Assembly (NCBI GenBank): GCA_002269645.1
Contig: NIVC01002660.1
Coordinates: forward strand, 87,744 to 151,743
Direction: 5' to 3'
Length of the DNA stretch: 64,000 bases
Origin: Macrostomum lignano
Taxonomy: Eukaryota
The notes below the pieces were generated by a model. That model was not told where the DNA came from, ran no database searches, and was given only the letters and a program-made list of their open reading frames with translations. A program made the position numbers and the translations under genes. Numbering within the stretch: position 1 is the stretch's first letter; each line of letters begins with the position of its first letter. Positions 44,417 through 64,000 of the stretch are shown here, in pieces.

Positions 44417-44530
44417 ATTGGGAGGGAAATCTACGGATCCAAACCATAGCTGAGGTTTTTATGTCATTCGGGTCATTTTCAGACAACTGTCAACATCCCG
44501 CTGTCTCTAGCAATATGGCGTGAAAATCCT
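44417..44530. repeat. Dispersed repeat Y, right part (continues homology to 52610-52745)
   Basis: ATTGGG(A/T)GGG.AAATC..GGATCC..CTGAGGTTTT.ATGTCATTCGGGTC.TTTTCAG..GC.ATATGGC is shared. Confidence 0.8.
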
Positions 44531-44621
44531 GCTTAAATTTCGAAAAGTATAGTAAAAATTTAGACCCTGGTTATTTAAGAATGTGCAGTTTTGTGATAAA
44601 GTGCGTGCGCATTAGGTTTTT

Positions 44622-44806
44622 TAGAGTCAGGGGCTGTGTAAACGACATTGTAAACGTCTTTGTCACACAACCGGCGAGAGACATTAGTGAGAGGCATTAC
44701 TACCCATTCCGCCGACTCCTTTGAGCAGGCACACGAGCGCGCGGATACATACGCAGTCATACGTGCAGGAATACGCACACAGGAGTGTACAGCGGCCTGA
44801 ACTCTA
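44622..44806. mobile_element. Short MITE-like repeat, copy 2 of 3
   Basis: Homologous to 17081-17218 and 53401-53572. Ends are TAGAGTCAGG and CCTGAACTCTA (imperfect inverted). Confidence 0.7.
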
Positions 44807-44951
44807 TAGTTAGGCATGTACACTTTACTGTGCCTTGGTGGCGATAAATGCTAGAAAAATCTAAAAAAAACTGAGAGACACATGAGAGACAGAAACAACT
44901 GCAAGGTTGCTTTCTTGTCGGTCTCCTGTAGCATTTGAAGCTCGACGATAA

Positions 44952-45472
44952 TGATGTTAGACAGGTAGTTGACGAACGCATCTCGATAGCGGGTGACGTT
45001 GGCCGGTACGTCAGCGATGGTGAATACGAGCTGCTGGTCCAAGCTGAGCAGGTAGATCGTGCAGGACGCTTTGGCTGAGTACTTGGAATCGGATGCGGTC
45101 ACATTGAAGTAGAGCGAGCCCGCCATGCTGTCTTGGAAGTAGGTTCGCTCCCCTGTCTTGAGCACGCCAGTTCGATTGTCTAACGCGAACACGTTCGCGT
45201 AGATGCCGCGCTCCTCCAGCTGTAAAGTCAGCTGGCTGGTGCTGGCCAGCACTGGGGTGATGCTGAATGTCAGCGCGCTGTTGTTGCCAGCGTCCAAGTC
45301 GGTGACGAACTCGGCGAAGCTGAACACTGTTGCCAGGTCGATCATTGACGTTAACGCCGCCGTAGTATTTTGGTGAGCTCCACACCGGCGGGTTGTCGTT
45401 GTCGTCGGCAACGTTGACAACCACCTGCGCCATGATCGGGTTGGACGCGTCGAATGACACCGGAGTGTCGTC
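44952..45472 (-). pseudogene. Truncated, frameshifted copy of cadherin exon 54403-55048
   Basis: About 98% identical to 54473-54995. A 2-nt deletion near 45330 shifts the frame, both ends are truncated, and there are no splice sites. Confidence 0.9.
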
Positions 45473-45474
45473 CA

Positions 45475-45610
45475 CCCCTCTCTTCTCTCTCCCTTCTCTC
45501 CCCTCTTTTTTCTCGCCTTTCTTTTCTCTCTCCTCTCTCCCCTCTCTCCTCTCTTTTCTCTCTCCTCTCTCCCCTCTCTCCTCCCTCCCCTCTCTCTTCT
45601 CTCCCTTTAT
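45475..45610. repeat. CT-rich low-complexity tract at the duplication breakpoint
   Basis: Pure pyrimidine run directly abutting the exon copy. Confidence 0.9.
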
Positions 45611-45907
45611 TTCTCATCATGTCTTATTTCTTATCTTTTCTATTCCATTTCCTTTCCTCTCTCATCTGGCCCGTAGCCATGAGCTGGATTCTTTAAAAAA
45701 AGTTTGCCGACCCCTGCCCTGATCTGTCACTGGGATCTCGGATCCGTTCGACAGCAGATTGAAGCAGTCAAACCTGTACCAAAAACATCACGCCAAAATG
45801 CTCCCAGTATAGCCTTAAATCTCTCGTTTGGCCTTGGGATTTTCCTGGTAAATTTCGGAATTTCCTATCACTTCAACCATAGCATATATGCACATTGATC
45901 ACGACAA

Positions 45908-46105
45908 TGGACCGTATGCAGAAAGCTCTGTCTAGGGTAGTCCGGTCTTGAAAAGCTAGTCTAGACTTGGATTTGGTATGCAGAAACACTGGTATGCTAG
46001 ACCAGTCTACTATAGCAGAACTAGGCTAGCTGGACCATAGACTATAGACTGAACTACCCAAGTCCGGACTAGCTAGTCTGGACTAGGCTTTCTGCATACG
46101 GCCCA
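45908..46105. mobile_element. PIF/Harbinger (Tourist)-like MITE, ~200 bp
   Basis: TGGACCGTATGCAGAAAGC and GCTTTCTGCATACGGCCCA form an 18/19 inverted match, with internal CTAGAC/GACTAG repeats. The family is inferred from the GG(G/A)CC end. Confidence 0.75.
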
Positions 46106-46289
46106 AAATCGAGTGATAGATTCCTACTAGATTGTACACCCATAGACAACCAATTCAAAGTAGGAGACTTCTGGCAAGAGCACTTTGGCTGCATAAAAAC
46201 TCTAACGGGAGCACTCTGGCAGGAGCATCTTGGCATGAGCATTCTGCTTCACATGTCGGTGAATCAGCTAGCGAATCGTCTGAAAAATA

Positions 46290-46735
46290 GTCGTTTTAAT
46301 AATATGGCCGTTTTAACAATACTGTCGTCTCGTCTTAAAAATACTGTACTTTTACGGTTGTAATGATACGGTCGTTTTAATAATACTCATTTTAATATTC
46401 ATGTTCTAATAATAGGGTTTTTTAAATAATACTAGTTTTAATTATACTGTCGTTTTAATAACCGTCGTTTTACCAATGGCGTTTCAAAATTACTGTCGTA
46501 TAAGTTAATAACAGTCATTTTAATAATAATTTCCTTTTAACAATCTGATTGTTTTAATAATACTGTCGTTTTAATAATACTGCCGTTTTAATAATACTGT
46601 TATTTTAGTATTAATGTCGTCCTAAGTATAATGTAGTTTTAAAATAATGGTCGTTTAAACAATACGGTCGTTTCAATAATACAGCTCTTTTAATAATATT
46701 GTCGTTTTAATAATACCGTCGTTCTAATATTAATC
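46290..46735. repeat. Degenerate AT-rich minisatellite (AATACTGTCGTTTTAAT)n
   Basis: Repeated GTCGTTTTAATAATAC variants. Confidence 0.85.
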
Positions 46736-48777
46736 AACCGGTCAATCAGCTGTGAATTAAGAAGTAGCGGAATTGAATTTGCGGAATGGAAATTTCAACC
46801 AGAAAAATGATATGCCCCAGGCTCTTTCTATCCCACTTGACAAAATTGGTTGGCAATTGTTAGAACTGATTGAAATTTTGTAGAAAGTGTATGCAATGTG
46901 TCGATTCTGAATCGCAGTTTGTCTTAATTGGTTGAAACGGATGTGTCACGTTTTGAGTCGTAGTCCCCAAAGAAGGATGAGTTGAACGATTGGCGGTGTA
47001 GCAGTTTGTGTAGCGGTAGCACTGATTAATAGACCGTTGGTTAAATTCGTTGTGGTCTTGGCTTTTATATTTTTCTAAAAAAGTAATAGAATTACAGAGG
47101 ATATAACAATATGGGCACTGGCGGCTGCAACAATGAGTTTATGCTTAGATGAGTAGGCGACGGCGGATGGCGATGAGGCAATAACGGTGAGCAGCGGTCG
47201 TGAGTAGCCAGAAGTGGCGGAGAGTGGCGCTAGCCGTAGTAGAAGTACAAGTGGAATACGGTGTGTAACAGGCTGGCCCAGACAGAGGAGCCGTGGCGAG
47301 AGATAAGGAGGTTCGAGGCAGCCAGGAGAGAGAGAAGGAAAACAAGAGCCGCGAAGTGAGGAGGCCCCAGCCCGCCGCCAGGCGGGGGTTAATAAAGAGC
47401 GCAAAAGGGGGTAGCATAAAACACGGAGAGTTTTCATTGGCTGGCGAGAGAATTTGAAATTATCGATCGTGCTAAAATTTACAGACGAACGCAAGGCCTA
47501 CCAAATACACAGTGAATTAGCAATTGATACAGATTATTTGCACGCTACTACAAGTAAACGTTAAAATAAACTATTGGAGAAATTTAAATGAGAAATTGCA
47601 AGGGAAACTACAGTCCAACGGCCCTTTTGCGGGACCACCTTAAACTAGCAACGTCACAGATGCCTCACTTGATGGAATAGGTTGGCAGTTGTTGGAACTG
47701 ATCGACTGTTAGTTGGAAATGTATGCAAACTGTTGAATCTGTATCGTAGTTTGTTGAAACTGGAGGGAACCTGAAACTTTCACAACCAAAAAGTGTCGAA
47801 ATCGGATGCCAGAAAGTTAAAATTGGTTGCAGCTAGTACAAAACTGAAAGTGAGAAGGTGTAGACCAGTCAATGGCACACGAACCTGCGGATATTCCGCG
47901 TGTCGAGTCGACACCGTCGATTTCTTTGCCGCGTCAGCGCACTCGTCCTTACAGGTGGTGACCAACAGACGAGCTGGTGTCGCTTAGCGATCGGCTCAAT
48001 TGTCTTGGCTATGCACATCGTCTTCTATATCGGGTGCCGTCGGCCAGTCGCGGCAAAATCTGCAATCCGATGGTTTTATCGACAACGACGACGATGTGCA
48101 TCTGCAGAGCCAGTGTCAACGAAATCAGGCGCCAGCTGAACGGTATAAACGATCGCCGACGACGTGGGTATATCGTCAAAAACCGAACCACTGGAACCTC
48201 ATATCGTGACTACGCAACATCCGATTCCCTGCCAACGAACAGCAGCAGGTACACTGTGACCAGTTTTCCAATCAACAAGTGCCATCCGAGCATCTGCAAC
48301 AACAACAGCAGCAGTTGCCGCCTCGCCTGTCCAAATTACAGCCAATGCATGACCAGCCGCCGCAGTACCGGCAGCAGCATCAATCGCAACAACCGTCGCA
48401 GCCACAATCGCGCCCTCGGCGTGCTCTGCAGCAGCAGGGCCATTTGCCCTCGGTGCGAGACCAGTCGTACGGAGCGATTTTTATTGGTCTGCGCAACCGG
48501 CTCCCCGCGCAAATGTCGGACCTTCTGCAGTTGGCAATGCAATCTATGGCGCTGCCGCCGTCAATCTAGCACAATTACGTCGTACAGGCTGCTCTAGCTT
48601 CTGGGCAGGGCGCAGTCGCCGATACTGCCTCTACCATACCGCGACCTGTTCGGAGATCCGCTCCAACTGTCCAACTGCGCATTCTGGCTATTTTAGTCCT
48701 TGTTGCTAACCAACGAGTAAATCCTGAGTTTAAATTTTAAAAACGGCATCCCTAATTGTCGTAGGCTTTCTAGGAAC

Positions 48778-49150
48778 CAAAAACAACTGCTTCCACAGTC
48801 GGCCGTCAAAGACGACCTTCGCCGCTGCCTGAGCGAGGCGGCCTGGCCGGTGCTAGAGCAGTGCCAGCGGCGGGAGCGCATCGCCCAGGTGCTCGACGGC
48901 CTGCCATTGGCCGCAGTCTGGTGCGGCCTCGTTCAACTCGCCGCCTCGGAGACCGCGTCAAACTCGAAGTCTGGCAGAAGCGGCGGAGTCGGCGGCGGCG
49001 GCGGCGGCCTCATCGGTCACGTGGCGTACGCGCTGACGCTGATCTACCTGCCCACTCTGCCTCCGCCGGTGCCTCTGCAACCAGCTGCTGCCGCCCAGCA
49101 ACAGCAGTCTGGCACCGTCGGGAAGCCGGCACAATCAGGTGGGCATTGAG
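48778..49150 (+). pseudogene. Orphan copy of TMEM232 exon 6 with an internal 3' deletion
   Basis: Near-identical to 33957-34310, including the acceptor CTTCCACAG. It then jumps to ..CAGGTGGG (a donor now out of phase), and the ORF stops at 49149. Confidence 0.88.
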
Positions 49151-49189
49151 TCTTTGTTCTCAACCAGTCTTTATACTTAATGAAATAAT

Positions 49190-49480
49190 GTCAATCACTG
49201 TGCAAAGGCAAAACCAATTCGAATTAAAAAGTCAAGGCCAAACGTAAGAAACAGAATTGAGATTATTTTGTGTTTGTAACAACCGTTATCATTTGAATTA
49301 TTTAACAAAAATGTATCGTGCTTATAAAATTGTTCACGTAAAATTCATTCGCGTAATGAAAATTAATTGAAAGTAATAAATACTTTTATAGCTCGCGCAT
49401 GTTTGGTGACACAATGTTTTATGTTAGGATTAGTAAAATATAACTTTGTATAAGCATTCCATACAAATCAGTTTTATATT
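49190..49480. repeat. AT-rich dispersed repeat X, homologous to 37610-37905
   Basis: Shared AATCACTGTG..AGTCAAGG.CAAACGTAAG..GCGCATGTTTGG.GACA..TTTTATGTTAGGATTAGTAAAATA..TATAAGCATTCCATACA. Confidence 0.8.
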
Positions 49481-50041
49481 TCACCTTGAATATACGCGTG
49501 CAAAAGCAGCTCGTCTACTTTACAGGCTTGTAAGTAGTATCGCGCGGGCATTATTGTGAGAAAGTTTGAGGGTAAAACAAACCATATAAAATTTGTGAGT
49601 CTCCGATTAACAAACAGGCACTGAAACAAACGCATTCTCGCTCTACTTCTTAGTGATACTACTAGAAGTACTAAATGAACCAATTGATTAGTCAATATCG
49701 CATAATGAAGAGTGTTTGACTTGGATCTCAATTTAGTCATGAATTACAAGTCGTTATTGTACCATCTGGTGCGGATTATATATGAATATTGAAGCATGAC
49801 GGTATGCACGATTATTTCTCATTCTCATTGTCAGGCATGTCTTGAAGGTTACATATGTAGGCCGAATTGTCGTCCATCATTGACGCCAGAGACTGCAATA
49901 GTTGGACGCGTCACCTCTGACCTGTGAGCTTCACATATTTTACTACTTGGAAGCCCAGAGAGTGGTGATATTGTTTATCTACTAGTTGTAGGCACATAAA
50001 AAACTAATACATGTACGTGTGCGTGTGCTTAAAAGAATCTT

Positions 50042-63861
<13,820 letters not shown>

Positions 63862-63929
63862 CTGAGCTTTTAACGATTTGAATTGTAAACGAGAGTTCTA
63901 CTGAATGAGCTGAGTGATTGAGTAGGCTT

Positions 63930-64000
63930 TGGGTAGGCTGGGTAGGTTGGGTAGGCTGGGTAGGTTTGGTAGGCTGGGGTAGGTTGGGTAGGTTGGGTAG
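63930..64000. repeat. GGGTAGG(T/C)T-type minisatellite running off the window end
   Basis: Direct observation. Confidence 0.9.

Noticed and set aside
49825-49880. Hammerhead-like CTTGAAG-GTTACATATGTAG-GCCGAA
   Set aside because: The core deviates from CUGANGA and GAAA, and stems I and III are not evident.

Overview
Eukaryotic (animal) genomic DNA with GC-rich exons, GT-AG introns, Q/P/A-rich proteins and very dense minisatellites. The style suggests a free-living flatworm such as Macrostomum, which is an inference only. From left to right: (1) decayed hAT and Gypsy remnants at 0.3-3.5 kb. (2) Five co-oriented minus-strand genes at 7-26 kb: an acidic protein of unknown function, a Q/P-rich protein with a divergent HMG box that shares a ~45-aa N-terminal motif with it, FPGS, an intronless HINT and FBXL6. 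(3) A tRNA-derived CORE-like SINE and several MITEs. (4) A 7-exon TMEM232 gene on the plus strand at 30.6-37.4 kb, with a mariner element in its last intron. (5) A dense zone at 38-49 kb holding Penelope GIY-YIG, DIRS/Ngaro, RNase H LINE and THAP/P-element remnants, an intronless secreted PAN+LamG-like gene sitting inside a split repeat, and truncated copies of exons from both flanking genes. (6) A Cad87A/CDH23-family cadherin on the minus strand from 50.0 kb to beyond the window end. The most notable observations are the apparently captured secreted-protein gene, the shared uncharacterised N-terminal motif of the two tandem genes, the colinear exon duplications with mostly synonymous changes, and the pattern of one strand-biased minisatellite per intron. 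There are no CRISPR arrays, rRNA genes or convincing tRNA genes. All identifications come from motif recognition by eye; no searches were run.
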